From a virus (lineage: Duplodnaviria; Caudoviricetes), in the IMG/VR virus record IMGVR_UViG_3300046318_000439, positions 64,001 to 128,000 of that record: a DNA stretch of 64,000 nt, one strand, 5' to 3'. Both the position numbers and the translations under genes were made by a program. How positions within the stretch are numbered: the first letter of the stretch is position 1; the number at the start of each line of letters is the position of its first letter. Below the pieces are notes generated by a model that searched no databases, was not told the DNA's origin, and saw only the letters and a list, made by a program, of their open reading frames with translations. Below are positions 1 through 9,594 of the stretch, piece after piece.

Positions 1-313
1 CAATACCGCGCTCTGTTCCTTTTGTGCGATATAAGTCCTGGATATGCTTTATTAATAATCTTTTATTAGTGGATACTTCATATGGAAGATCGCGTAAATA
101 TTTTTCTTTGAAGTGTATTACGAAATCATCAATTGTCTTGTCGATATCTCGATACTCAAACATGTTACGACTAAGCTGAGTAGCTTGTCCGTTGCTTTCC
201 ATCCACTCATAGTATGCTTTTACAAAAGCAATAAATTCCTTACCTTCTTCCTTATAAAAAGAAGGAAATTGTGATTCGATAAATGGGGAAACGTGATCTT
301 CTATATCTCTCAT
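1..313 (-). CDS. gp7: Baseplate wedge subunit, gp7-like (N-terminal part, runs off window)
   Basis: ATG at 313 overlaps gp6 stop (ATGA); reads MRDIEDHVSPFIESQFPSFYKEEGKEFIAFVKAYYEWME...KHIQDLYRTKGT, the typical protein following gp6 in T4-like phages. Confidence 0.75.
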   Translation of the reverse strand, partial: MRDIEDHVSPFIESQFPSFYKEEGKEFIAFVKAYYEWMESNGQATQLSRNMFEYRDIDKTIDDFVIHFKEKYLRDLPYEVSTNKRLLIKHIQDLYRTKGTERGI

Positions 314-2106
314 TCTTTGATCGCCACTACGCTTACCTCAATATCTTCTTCACTAATTTGTAGAATGTAATTCTTGCCTGAGGTAATATCTTTTTCTACA
401 GGGTTAACATACAGGTGAAGGTGAGGGCCATCTACACCATCTACGATAAGATCGGTAATCACTACTCTTCCATTTACATAATCGACGGTACCCACATTTA
501 CTACTAGCGTATTTTTATCTATTCCCTCTGCCGTATAAATTCCAACATTGCCATTACGATCGTCTTGTAGATTACACAATCTTCCGCCATATTGGAACGT
601 CTCACTATGAACGGCTTTTACATCTGATGAAACATAGTCGTCGTAGGATATAGTATATGTGGTAGATAAAGCAAATCCGAAATCAATAATATCACCAAAC
701 GATACACCTGGAATAACTGACATCTTCTTATATGGTATTGTATATAAGTCAGCACTCACAATACTAGAATGGGCATCGTTAATATCTTCCAATAATTTAG
801 AATAGCGTAGAGTTTTTTTGAACCCGCTCAATTTGGCATTATTGTAACTACTAATTTTAGATTTTACCAACGTAGAAATGTCTGACGTTTGCAATGTAGA
901 AAGGTTTACATTATAACGTACTAAGCACTGTACCTCAACGTTTATAAATTCTGGATCGATAAACACAGGATCGATGGATAAAGGGGATCTAGGCTTAATG
1001 AAGTTATAATAACGTTGTTTCGCACTTTCTGGCGCTCCATCTAAATCTTTATTATCTACAGCAATGAATACTTTACCATACTGAGGAGGGGTGACGTCTT
1101 CTCCTCCGTAAGCTGATACTGCTTGAATTTCTGGAAAAGTAGTACTCAATAAAGTTTCAAAATCGGAAGAAGTGATAGCGCGTTCTTGGTTTTGGTAATG
1201 GCGAGGAGCGTTTAGTTTTATTGACTCAATTGGCTCATTAACTGCTCCGCCAGTAGCTACAGATGTCGTGATGATAGAGCTTATATTAGATTGACCAGAA
1301 ATCGATCCGTCAATGTCAAAAGATCGGGCTCCGTTTGGCAATTCTCCATTACACGTTCTATATTCAATTGATACTATTGATCCGTTTTTCGGAACTCGAC
1401 CTACAACCCCATCTCCAAACACAATTTCATATTGTGAATTTTCTGCTGGCTGCAAGAAATAACACTGGGTATTGCTCGTCAATCCAAGTAAAGAACGCGC
1501 GCCAGTGTATACTAAAGCAGAAGCTCCATTATCTTCTATAACAGTAACGTTGATGCTGCGTGTATCCACAGTGGGATTAGACAACACAAAACGTTGAGAT
1601 GTGTTAGAAGCAGTATATACAAAAGAGTCAGTGACGTAGCTACCCTCGTATATGGATAGGTTAGCATTGAACTGTCCGTTACTATTCAATGTTAATGTGG
1701 ATGATTCACTAGTAGCAAAAGAGTAATTGTTACTTCCAACTTTTGCTGTAAACGTCGTTCCTTTTGGTACAACCAATGCTCCCATCGGGATTGATGGAGT
1801 GACGGTGAACGATATCTGAGCTTGCGCTGATTGATAGGATCTTGGAATGTAGTTTAATTCCTTAGCATGAGATATAACACTATCGCGCAACTGAGCCGTA
1901 TCGAGAAACATCTCACTCGCCACCATATTCAAATAAAAAGAATTTAAATATGTGTTGTATGATAACACATCTAGCAATTGAGAAATGTTGGATCCCTCAA
2001 AGTCCACATCTTTAAATGGGGAGTCTGAGCTTTTAAGGTATGTTTTTAAATTGCTTTTTATTGTCTCAAAATCGAGATCAACTAAGCTAACGCTGGTGTT
2101 TGCCAT
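310..2106 (-). CDS. gp6: Baseplate wedge subunit gp6
   Basis: LDFETIKSNLKTYL, DTAQLRDSVISHAKELNYIPRS, QERAITSSDF, YGGED..PPQYGKVFI motifs. Confidence 0.95.
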   Translation of the reverse strand: MANTSVSLVDLDFETIKSNLKTYLKSSDSPFKDVDFEGSNISQLLDVLSYNTYLNSFYLNMVASEMFLDTAQLRDSVISHAKELNYIPRSYQSAQAQISFTVTPSIPMGALVVPKGTTFTAKVGSNNYSFATSESSTLTLNSNGQFNANLSIYEGSYVTDSFVYTASNTSQRFVLSNPTVDTRSINVTVIEDNGASALVYTGARSLLGLTSNTQCYFLQPAENSQYEIVFGDGVVGRVPKNGSIVSIEYRTCNGELPNGARSFDIDGSISGQSNISSIITTSVATGGAVNEPIESIKLNAPRHYQNQERAITSSDFETLLSTTFPEIQAVSAYGGEDVTPPQYGKVFIAVDNKDLDGAPESAKQRYYNFIKPRSPLSIDPVFIDPEFINVEVQCLVRYNVNLSTLQTSDISTLVKSKISSYNNAKLSGFKKTLRYSKLLEDINDAHSSIVSADLYTIPYKKMSVIPGVSFGDIIDFGFALSTTYTISYDDYVSSDVKAVHSETFQYGGRLCNLQDDRNGNVGIYTAEGIDKNTLVVNVGTVDYVNGRVVITDLIVDGVDGPHLHLYVNPVEKDITSGKNYILQISEEDIEVSVVAIKE

Positions 2107-2534
2107 TAGCGTATCCTATTAAGTAGAATGTCAAGTACAATGGGTTCTGATTTATTTATCACACTAAAAACAACAGTTACTGAATATGCGTTAGCTTCCA
2201 GAAGTGCAGAAACTATAACATCTATTAGGTTAGCTCTAGGCTCATAGTTGTTGATAGTCGTTTCAATGTAGTCACGTAGAGAACTTTCAGTTTGGGGACT
2301 AAAGTTTTCAAAAAGTAATGATCTAATATCGCTTCCCAAAATGGGATTAAATAATCTTTCTCCTCGATCGGTTAGCAATAAATTTCGTATTGATCGTTTT
2401 ACTGCTTCATCGTTGGTGGTTGTTACCAAATCTAACTTCGTTGGGTGAATATCAAAAGAAGTCGTAAAATCGGAGTACACCGTTTCTACGCGAGAGGATT
2501 GTGTTATTGCTTGAGCTCTTTTTATGACTGCCAT
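2106..2534 (-). CDS. gp25: Baseplate wedge subunit gp25
   Basis: AVKRSIRNLLLTDRGERLFNPILGS and NYEPRA motifs; adjacent to gp6. Confidence 0.93.
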   Translation of the reverse strand: MAVIKRAQAITQSSRVETVYSDFTTSFDIHPTKLDLVTTTNDEAVKRSIRNLLLTDRGERLFNPILGSDIRSLLFENFSPQTESSLRDYIETTINNYEPRANLIDVIVSALLEANAYSVTVVFSVINKSEPIVLDILLNRIR

Positions 2535-2535
2535 A

Positions 2536-3399
2536 TTACATTGTTCCGTTCGGCGTACCTGTTACAACTCCAATAGACTCTGGATGTGTGTGTGAATTGT
2601 AAATTGCTCTATCTGCAGACATTGTTCTCATACTATCTGATATCTGTTTCGTAGAAGATATGTTACCATTAACAGCAACATTACCAGTAATATTAACATC
2701 CCCAGTTAGATTCCAACTTGACGCTTTACCAGTTACTGTTCCATCTACATTGATATTCACACTACCCTTGACTTGTATATTGGCACTACCCCCAATATAC
2801 ACTTCATTATTCTTTACTACAACATTAATGCTATCGCCGGCCGTTTTTGTTACCATTCGACCATCTTCATTAATCTCAACGTATGTGCCTGATTTGTGAT
2901 AGATGTGAATACGTTCAAAATTTGGTGTATCGTCTACTTCAATTACATGTCCGCTTTCAGTGCGCATTACCTTATTATAAGGATATTTAGCCCTATATGC
3001 TGAACCAGGCTCTGGGCCAAGCTGCTCTTTATTGACATTATTCAGTTCACGGGCTTCTGGTGGCACATCATGGTTGTCAGCAATCTGTCCCGGTATTCCA
3101 GCTGTCGCTCCCATAATTATTGGATTGTTGCCATCCTCACCATCCATGAAAAACCCAATTACAGTGGTGCCTACCTGAATTCCGACTGGAGCTTGTCCAA
3201 CCTTATTATAGTTAGCTCCAGTTATTGGACTCATCACTACTGCCCATGGTAGGTTGTCTGTACCGACTCGGCTCTGTTTCATTGAATGTACGTTGTATAT
3301 GCGAACACGTACACGCCCAAGCTTCAAAGGATCCTCGCGGTCCTCTACCACGCCAATAAACCATCTAAATCCCTCTTCGCCTATATTTCTCGTGGTCAT
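2536..3399 (-). CDS. gp5: Baseplate central spike gp5 (OB-fold plus beta-helix, no lysozyme domain)
   Basis: WFIGVVEDREDPLKLGRVRVRI, YPYNKVMRTESGHVIEVDDTP..ERIHIYHKSGT; C-terminal HTH apex. Confidence 0.92.
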   Translation of the reverse strand: MTTRNIGEEGFRWFIGVVEDREDPLKLGRVRVRIYNVHSMKQSRVGTDNLPWAVVMSPITGANYNKVGQAPVGIQVGTTVIGFFMDGEDGNNPIIMGATAGIPGQIADNHDVPPEARELNNVNKEQLGPEPGSAYRAKYPYNKVMRTESGHVIEVDDTPNFERIHIYHKSGTYVEINEDGRMVTKTAGDSINVVVKNNEVYIGGSANIQVKGSVNINVDGTVTGKASSWNLTGDVNITGNVAVNGNISSTKQISDSMRTMSADRAIYNSHTHPESIGVVTGTPNGTM

Positions 3400-4643
3400 G
3401 CGTTGAATCCTATTTTATTACAATCAAAAGTAATATTATGTTTAAATTTCTTATCTTCTTGTACAATTAGATGTCGCAACTTTGTTATCATATATTTTCC
3501 AGAGTATCGCTTATCGCCGGATTTCTTTTCTGTTGTGCCAGAAGTATCTGGTAGATCCAGCTGGATCATATCTCCTACTGTAATATAGTTGTCACCATAA
3601 GCCATACAACGTGTTACGTTCTGATTGAATAGCTTAACAAAAGCATGTCTATATCCAATTAGATCAGATACGAAATCGTTTCCTTTGCTAGAGTCTTTAG
3701 GAGTAAACATATAATATGGAGCCCCAGCCTTAACTTCGTTTATAATCTTTTGACTGTTTGGTACCTTAGCTGCTTTATCCCCAGTTTCAAATTTATGAGC
3801 TTGTTTGTCGAGATCAAAATTAGTCTCTCCGAACTCCTTCGATAAAAGGTCAAAAGAGCGAACTGTATTTTTATACAAACCTCCGGACATTTTATCAATT
3901 GTATCAAATTTGGATAAATGCTCAAACCGTTGCAAATTGCGAAACGCAAACGCTTTTCTTTGTTTATCAGATACTGTATCGGGATTGTATGTGAACGCTC
4001 TGGATGCGATTGTCTTAGATCCATCCTCAATTAATTTTTCTAACGTAACGAAGTTTATTCCATATTGATTCTCAAAAAACACAAACACGCCACCAGATGC
4101 TCTTTTAGATATCGCCTTTTGTCTTAAAAAATCAACTGCTGCCAAAGGATTCATTTTAGGAAGCGTGACTGGAATCAATCCTCTTGTTGTTTCAACAACT
4201 ACTGGCTTTTTAGTTTTTACTTCATTGACGAGAATATCTGCTACCATCTCAGCAACAGTATTGTTGTACCCTTTGTCAATTAACTGAACGCTGTTAATAA
4301 AGTGTTCTTCAGAAACACATTTTAACATATATGCCGATCCTTTACCGGTGGCGTTGTTAACTGTGCCATCGATGCTATATGTGCGGAATTTGTACTTAGT
4401 GGGCTTATCGCGACCTGGAGTCACAAACACAATTTCAACATTTTCTTCGCCAATTATAGGAAAATCCTTTACTAAGTTGGCGCTGTCAACCATCATTAAC
4501 TCAGCATATACTGTAGGCTCTTCGATGTCTTCAAATATAGAAAGTGACATCACTTGAGCACGTATATCGACACTAGCACTTTTATTTGTGTTGGTGAGAT
4601 TGATACTAATTATTCGAATGTCGCCTGGCTCATATTGTTTCAT
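3396..4643 (-). CDS. Baseplate hub protein (probable gp27/VgrG-N-like)
   Basis: Between gp53 and gp5; FPIIGEE and FVFFENQYGINFVTLEKLI motifs; C-terminal SGKYMITKLRH. Confidence 0.65.
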   Translation of the reverse strand: MKQYEPGDIRIISINLTNTNKSASVDIRAQVMSLSIFEDIEEPTVYAELMMVDSANLVKDFPIIGEENVEIVFVTPGRDKPTKYKFRTYSIDGTVNNATGKGSAYMLKCVSEEHFINSVQLIDKGYNNTVAEMVADILVNEVKTKKPVVVETTRGLIPVTLPKMNPLAAVDFLRQKAISKRASGGVFVFFENQYGINFVTLEKLIEDGSKTIASRAFTYNPDTVSDKQRKAFAFRNLQRFEHLSKFDTIDKMSGGLYKNTVRSFDLLSKEFGETNFDLDKQAHKFETGDKAAKVPNSQKIINEVKAGAPYYMFTPKDSSKGNDFVSDLIGYRHAFVKLFNQNVTRCMAYGDNYITVGDMIQLDLPDTSGTTEKKSGDKRYSGKYMITKLRHLIVQEDKKFKHNITFDCNKIGFNA

Positions 4644-5500
4644 AGAAGCTCTTCTAACTCTTTTTCAATTTGATCAATGTATCCTTTGTCTATTAATTTA
4701 ATGTGCCGTTTTGATTCATTAAGCTCGTTTTCGTAGTCATAAAAAGAGACGTATGTCCAATAAACTGCTTCATTAGCTGGAATTGATGTGACAATTGTAT
4801 TCACATCAGATACAGTAGCACTAGCTCCACTATTCATACCAATTAGACTGCCAACGGAACCAGCTGTATTAGCAATTGCGCCAACTACATGCTGTATAGT
4901 TAAGATGTTTTCTGCCTTATGTTTAACAATTGCAGATGCTGTAATATTGCCAGAAGTTTTTTGTGTGACTGGCTCTCCCTCTATAAAATTTGCTGTAGAG
5001 GAGACTGTTACTTCTTGTATTTTATTAGTATCTACTGCAAGAATATCTTGTGATCTTTCGTATGCGGCAATTGATCCAGAAGCTCCAATCCTAGGTGCAA
5101 AGTATTTTTTAGCGTAGCTTGGCAAAGCAGCATAACCAGCAGGCGTTAACATAGTATCATCCTCGTGCCAATTCGTACGCCAATATAAAATGCCTTCTTT
5201 AGCAGCTACCAACGACCCATACTTTTTAATAATAACGTTATTAAGTTCCTCTTCCATAAGAGGCCAATCGTACAAGGGGTCTACAATATCATTAGCCATA
5301 TAGATCACCCAACTGTATCGAGGATCATCATAGTAGTTGGCGGCAATAACATCTGCTCGTTCGCCCTCTAATATAGTGTATGGATAAAAGATAGCTCCTG
5401 CCTTTTTAGCAGCATTGCTAAATTTTACTTTAGCTAGTAAATTGACAGCAACGTTGCCATCATAGTATATTACAGGAAATTTTGTGAATAAATTAAACAT
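4640..5500 (-). CDS. gp53: Baseplate wedge subunit gp53
   Basis: YTILEGERADVIAANYYDDPRYSWVIYMANDIVDPLYDWP (LysM-like) motif. Confidence 0.9.
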   Translation of the reverse strand: MFNLFTKFPVIYYDGNVAVNLLAKVKFSNAAKKAGAIFYPYTILEGERADVIAANYYDDPRYSWVIYMANDIVDPLYDWPLMEEELNNVIIKKYGSLVAAKEGILYWRTNWHEDDTMLTPAGYAALPSYAKKYFAPRIGASGSIAAYERSQDILAVDTNKIQEVTVSSTANFIEGEPVTQKTSGNITASAIVKHKAENILTIQHVVGAIANTAGSVGSLIGMNSGASATVSDVNTIVTSIPANEAVYWTYVSFYDYENELNESKRHIKLIDKGYIDQIEKELEELL

Positions 5501-5513
5501 AAATTATTGTGAA

Positions 5514-6752
5514 TTAAGATGCAATTATATCTGCGCTGATGTTACCAGCCTGATCATTGCCTCCAGGACCCGCCCCTGTTCGAGCTGCGGGGGTGTTTTT
5601 CGGGACTGGCGACTTACCTTGAGTTGTTGCTGGTAGCGGTTTATTAGCAGAATTTCGGCCAAGCGGTTGTGTCAAATCGCCCGCCTGCACATCGTTACGA
5701 GTTACTGGCTCAACTTCACCAAACTCTAAACTTATTTCTGCTTCCGTTGTATATTTACCACCTTTGAAGAATGATGGAGTTCCTTGGGGAGCATAATTTA
5801 CGCTCATTGACTTCAAGTAACAATTTTTAAATGAGTACGGCATATCTCTTGTCTGGAATTCAATTGTACATATGTCAGGGAAGTTAAACAACAATCCAGA
5901 CTTTTCTGGCAACATTCTAATCTTTAATTCGCGTATAATAGCTTTAAGTGCAGCTGCCTCTGCTTCGGAGTTTGGCGAACATCTGAATCTAAACGAATGA
6001 CTCCGTAAATCAATTCCTTGGAACTGCAAAGCTTGATATGGATTCAATACAGAGCCAGTTGCGCGATCGATAGCTGCGCCTGCGTTATCAGATATTGATT
6101 TAATTCCACTTCTTGCCAAGTAAGCTAGGTTGCCTGGTGCTCCCGCAAGGTTGCCAAGATTTTTGCCAGCAGCTGCTGCTTTATCTTTTGTCATTGTTCC
6201 ACCCAACATATCCTGAGCAGATTTTAATAATCCACTTTCCTCTAAAAGACCAGCCATGCCTAGTTGTTTTTCTGCATATTGAACTGAGTAGCGCTCACTC
6301 AATTCTGATGGTAGAGGAAGATATATTGTAGCTGTCGGTAGCTCTTTACGAGGAAACACTGGGTTGGTTTGATAAGCACTTTTGAAGGAAAACTTTATAT
6401 AATAATGCCCTAAATCCAAAGGAAATTGCATTTGACCTGGTCCCTTAGTAATTTTTCCGCGAGTACCTTCAGGTCTTATCTCGCGAATCTTTTCAGCGAC
6501 GCCTAGAGTATCTTTAAATTTAGTAACTGTAGAGACAGCACTGCCTAATTGGTTAAATGCTGCAGATGCTGCTCCAGTAATGGAACTTCCAGCGGCGCTC
6601 AACTTGCCAGCAATTCCCCCCAACACTCCTTGAATGGATCCTGCAGCACCGTTAAGAGTGGTTGATCCGACGCCACTTATTGAGTTTTGAACGTTTCCAA
6701 GAGCCTGCTGAGTTTGCTGGGCGATTGAAGAAGGGTTAGTAAAATCAGGCAT
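5514..6752 (-). CDS. gp48: Baseplate tail-tube cap gp48
   Basis: IYLPLPSEL, VLNPYQALQFQG...RSHSFRF..SPNS..EA, FPDICTI, SMSVNYAP motifs. Confidence 0.88.
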   Translation of the reverse strand: MPDFTNPSSIAQQTQQALGNVQNSISGVGSTTLNGAAGSIQGVLGGIAGKLSAAGSSITGAASAAFNQLGSAVSTVTKFKDTLGVAEKIREIRPEGTRGKITKGPGQMQFPLDLGHYYIKFSFKSAYQTNPVFPRKELPTATIYLPLPSELSERYSVQYAEKQLGMAGLLEESGLLKSAQDMLGGTMTKDKAAAAGKNLGNLAGAPGNLAYLARSGIKSISDNAGAAIDRATGSVLNPYQALQFQGIDLRSHSFRFRCSPNSEAEAAALKAIIRELKIRMLPEKSGLLFNFPDICTIEFQTRDMPYSFKNCYLKSMSVNYAPQGTPSFFKGGKYTTEAEISLEFGEVEPVTRNDVQAGDLTQPLGRNSANKPLPATTQGKSPVPKNTPAARTGAGPGGNDQAGNISADIIAS

Positions 6753-6757
6753 AAATA
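6750..6757 (+). promoter_or_regulatory. T4-type late promoter variant (CATAAATA)
   Basis: One mismatch to TATAAATA, 7 nt upstream of gp4 ATG. Confidence 0.6.
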
Positions 6758-6763
6758 TTTTCT

Positions 6764-7213
6764 ATGAGTTATAAAGGTTTCTTTAAGCCCAAAAACCCCA
6801 GTCGATATAAAGGCGATCCTACAAACATAATTTACAGAAGTTCGTGGGAGTTTAAGCTTATGACCTATTTAGACGTCCACCCAGACGTAATAGAATGGTC
6901 TAGCGAAGAGTTTTGCATACCTTATAGATCTCCCATTGATGGTAAGATACATCGTTATTTTCCAGATTTCCATGTGAAAAAGAAAAATGCAACTGGTGAA
7001 ACGGAAACAGTGGTCATTGAAGTAAAGCCAAAAAACCAAGTAGTTCCACCAAATGTAGTTAAAACTAAAACAAACAAACCAACAAAACGATATATTAGAG
7101 AAGTTATGACATACGGTGTAAATGAAGCAAAATGGAAAGCGGCCAAAGCGTTTTGCGCTGACCGTAAATGGAAGTTTTTAATAATGACCGAATCTGAATT
7201 AGGAATAAAATAA
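6764..7213 (+). CDS. gp4: Head completion protein gp4
   Basis: YKGDPTNIIYRSSWE, WSSEEFCIPY.SPIDGKIHRYFPDF, IEVKP, VNEAKWKAA. Confidence 0.95.
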   Translation: MSYKGFFKPKNPSRYKGDPTNIIYRSSWEFKLMTYLDVHPDVIEWSSEEFCIPYRSPIDGKIHRYFPDFHVKKKNATGETETVVIEVKPKNQVVPPNVVKTKTNKPTKRYIREVMTYGVNEAKWKAAKAFCADRKWKFLIMTESELGIK

Positions 7214-7812
7214 TGGCGATTGCAGTTTTCGAGAATATTCTAAAACAGGCTCAAAAAGCTAATGTGCTAACTAACAAGGCTGAGGATGCTACTCAATGGC
7301 TTCGGAATAAGGCCATGACGTTTAGAAACGTCGATCCAAACCGCGTCATTAAACAAGGCATGGATAAATCTGTAATGCAGGTTAAACCTGGCCAGATGTT
7401 CTTGTTTCAATATGATCCTAAGTTAAAAGATAAGCTTCCATACCACGATCGGTTTCCGTTGGTATTTCCTATCAGGCGCAGTGGAGATGGATTCTATGGA
7501 CTGAACATGCATTATCTTCCAATCCCGTTCAGAGCAATATTGATGGATAATCTATATCAATTAATTAATAATTATAAAAACGACGAGACGACAAAACTCC
7601 GTCTAACATACAACCTACTTGCAGGTACTGCTAAATTTAGGTACTACAAACCATGTTTAAAATACTACCTAAATAGCCAGGTACAAAGTAAATTTATATA
7701 CATTGCCCCAAACGAATGGGACCTTGCTCTATTCCTTCCATTACATAGATTCCAGGGTGCAACAGCTGCTGCAGTGTATAAAGATAGCAAGAAAATAATA
7801 ACAGGTAGATAA
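7213..7812 (+). CDS. gp2: DNA end protector gp2
   Basis: GQMFLFQYDPKLKDKLPYHDRFPLVFPI, GLNMHYLP motifs. Confidence 0.93.
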   Translation: MAIAVFENILKQAQKANVLTNKAEDATQWLRNKAMTFRNVDPNRVIKQGMDKSVMQVKPGQMFLFQYDPKLKDKLPYHDRFPLVFPIRRSGDGFYGLNMHYLPIPFRAILMDNLYQLINNYKNDETTKLRLTYNLLAGTAKFRYYKPCLKYYLNSQVQSKFIYIAPNEWDLALFLPLHRFQGATAAAVYKDSKKIITGR

Positions 7813-7813
7813 T

Positions 7814-8698
7814 ATGGCCAAAGCCGCTGACTTCTTCACAAAAGCTAGAAATGTAGCCGGAACTGCAAATGCACTCCGGGAATTCTTGCCAGATGAAATC
7901 ACAAATGGTATCGATTCCATCTTTGGCGGTAACATTCTACCAGTTGGAGCTCGTAAAGGAATCAGCGGTTTCAGATCCACCATTAATAACTTAAATGGAC
8001 TGCAAAGACCGAATCACTTTTACGTAACAATACCGAACCCTCCTATACTGCAGGGAGATATTGGTCCCATCTTATTGCCGTTTTTAACGGAGTCAGCAAC
8101 TATTCCTGGCGTATCTTTAGCAACATCAGATGTTAGACGTTACGGATATGGTCCAACCGAGAAAAAGCCGTATGCTCCTATATTTGTTGACCAACAGATG
8201 ACCTTTTTAGGAGACGCGTCTGGTGTTGTTCATAAGTTCTTTTATAAGTGGATGAACGGTATTGTAAAATATGATGAGTTCCCTCGAGGTAGACCAGGAT
8301 TCAATGGAGTACGTCCTTTTGAGGTTGAATATAAGCGCCAATACGCCGTCGACATTATAATCACAGCCATTGATGAAGTCGATCGGAAGATAATGGAAGT
8401 AAAGCTGTATGATGCGTTCCCAATCGCTATGGGTGATATAGGGTTGAGTTGGAACCAAAATGACAGCTACGTCGGTATACCAATCACGTTTTCTTACTAT
8501 AAATGGAAACGTACAGATATTAGTATCAATCTTGATGAATTAATTGGAGAAGACATTTCTCCAGTACAAAGATTGTTGAAGGCAGGAACTGCAATCCAGA
8601 CTCTTGCTAAAATTAAAAAGCCCAACAACGTTGCAGATATTCTCAACGTCGTCAACAATAGTAAAGTTGCTGTTGGAAGCTTAGGAGGTTTCTTTTAA
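7814..8698 (+). CDS. gp54: Baseplate tail-tube initiator (gp54/gp19-like)
   Basis: RPNHFYVTI, ESATIPG, YGPTEKKPY, LYDAFPIAMGDI motifs; position before gp26. Confidence 0.75.
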   Translation: MAKAADFFTKARNVAGTANALREFLPDEITNGIDSIFGGNILPVGARKGISGFRSTINNLNGLQRPNHFYVTIPNPPILQGDIGPILLPFLTESATIPGVSLATSDVRRYGYGPTEKKPYAPIFVDQQMTFLGDASGVVHKFFYKWMNGIVKYDEFPRGRPGFNGVRPFEVEYKRQYAVDIIITAIDEVDRKIMEVKLYDAFPIAMGDIGLSWNQNDSYVGIPITFSYYKWKRTDISINLDELIGEDISPVQRLLKAGTAIQTLAKIKKPNNVADILNVVNNSKVAVGSLGGFF

Positions 8699-8707
8699 GG
8701 AGTTATT

Positions 8708-9418
8708 ATGGCATTACCAAAAATCAGTCACCCAATATTTGAATTGACATTACCATCCACCAAACAAACAATTCGCTACAGACCTTTCTTGGTCAAAGAA
8801 GAAAAGATTCTTCTAACTGCTCAAGCATCTGGCGAACCGCAAGACATTATCTTATCAATTAGACAAGTAATCAATAACTGTATTCTAACAGAAGGAATTG
8901 ATATTGAAGACTTAACAACATTTGATTTAGAGTATTTGTTTATTAAAATTAGAGCTAAATCTGTTAACAATATTATAAGTTTGACATATAGAGATTTAGA
9001 AGATGAAAAGCGTTATGATGTAGAAGTTGATCTAGATCAAATTGAAATGAAAGAAGATCCGACTCACACAAATATAGTGGATGTCGGTAACGGCATTTCT
9101 TTGACAATGCGTTATCCAAAAGCAGACATTGCATCATCATTAAAGGCTGTTGATGGTGAACTAGATGTATTCTTTGAAGTTTTGAGAAACTGCATTGCTA
9201 CAATTAATGACGGTGAGCAAACGCACGTTACGAGCGACTATGGCTCCGAAGAGATGGATGAATTTATTCAATCCCTTGACGTGAATGCATTTAAGAAGAT
9301 TCAAGAGTTTTTTTCAACTATGCCTAAACTGTACTATGAAGTCAAATATACTAATAGCTTAGGTAATGAAAAGGTCATCCCACTGACTACATTAAATGAT
9401 TTTTTTACGTTGGGCTGA
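8708..9418 (+). CDS. gp26: Baseplate hub assembly protein gp26
   Basis: MALPKI..P.FELTLPST...IRYRPFLVKEEKILL, FDLEYLFIKIRAKSV. Confidence 0.92.
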   Translation: MALPKISHPIFELTLPSTKQTIRYRPFLVKEEKILLTAQASGEPQDIILSIRQVINNCILTEGIDIEDLTTFDLEYLFIKIRAKSVNNIISLTYRDLEDEKRYDVEVDLDQIEMKEDPTHTNIVDVGNGISLTMRYPKADIASSLKAVDGELDVFFEVLRNCIATINDGEQTHVTSDYGSEEMDEFIQSLDVNAFKKIQEFFSTMPKLYYEVKYTNSLGNEKVIPLTTLNDFFTLG

Positions 9419-9594
9419 GTCATAACTCATTAGCAAACTACTATACGCTAATATTCAGTTTGGCTCAGCATCATAAATGGTCAGTGACAGAGATAGAAGA
9501 TATGATACCTTTTGAGCGTGATCTTTATGTGGATATGTTGAAGGATTATTTAGAAAAAGAACAAGAGAGATTAAAATCTAAAGGACATGGCTGA
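9400..9594 (+). CDS. gp51: Baseplate hub assembly protein gp51 (open frame without ATG; probable -1 frameshift fusion to gp26)
   Basis: Not in ORF track; frame reads FFYVGLSHNSLANYYTLIFSLAQHHKWSVTEIEDMIPFERDLYVDMLKDYLEKEQERLKSKGHG*; in-frame TGA at 9397-9399 bounds it upstream. Confidence 0.88.
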   Translation, partial: FFYVGLSHNSLANYYTLIFSLAQHHKWSVTEIEDMIPFERDLYVDMLKDYLEKEQERLKSKGHG

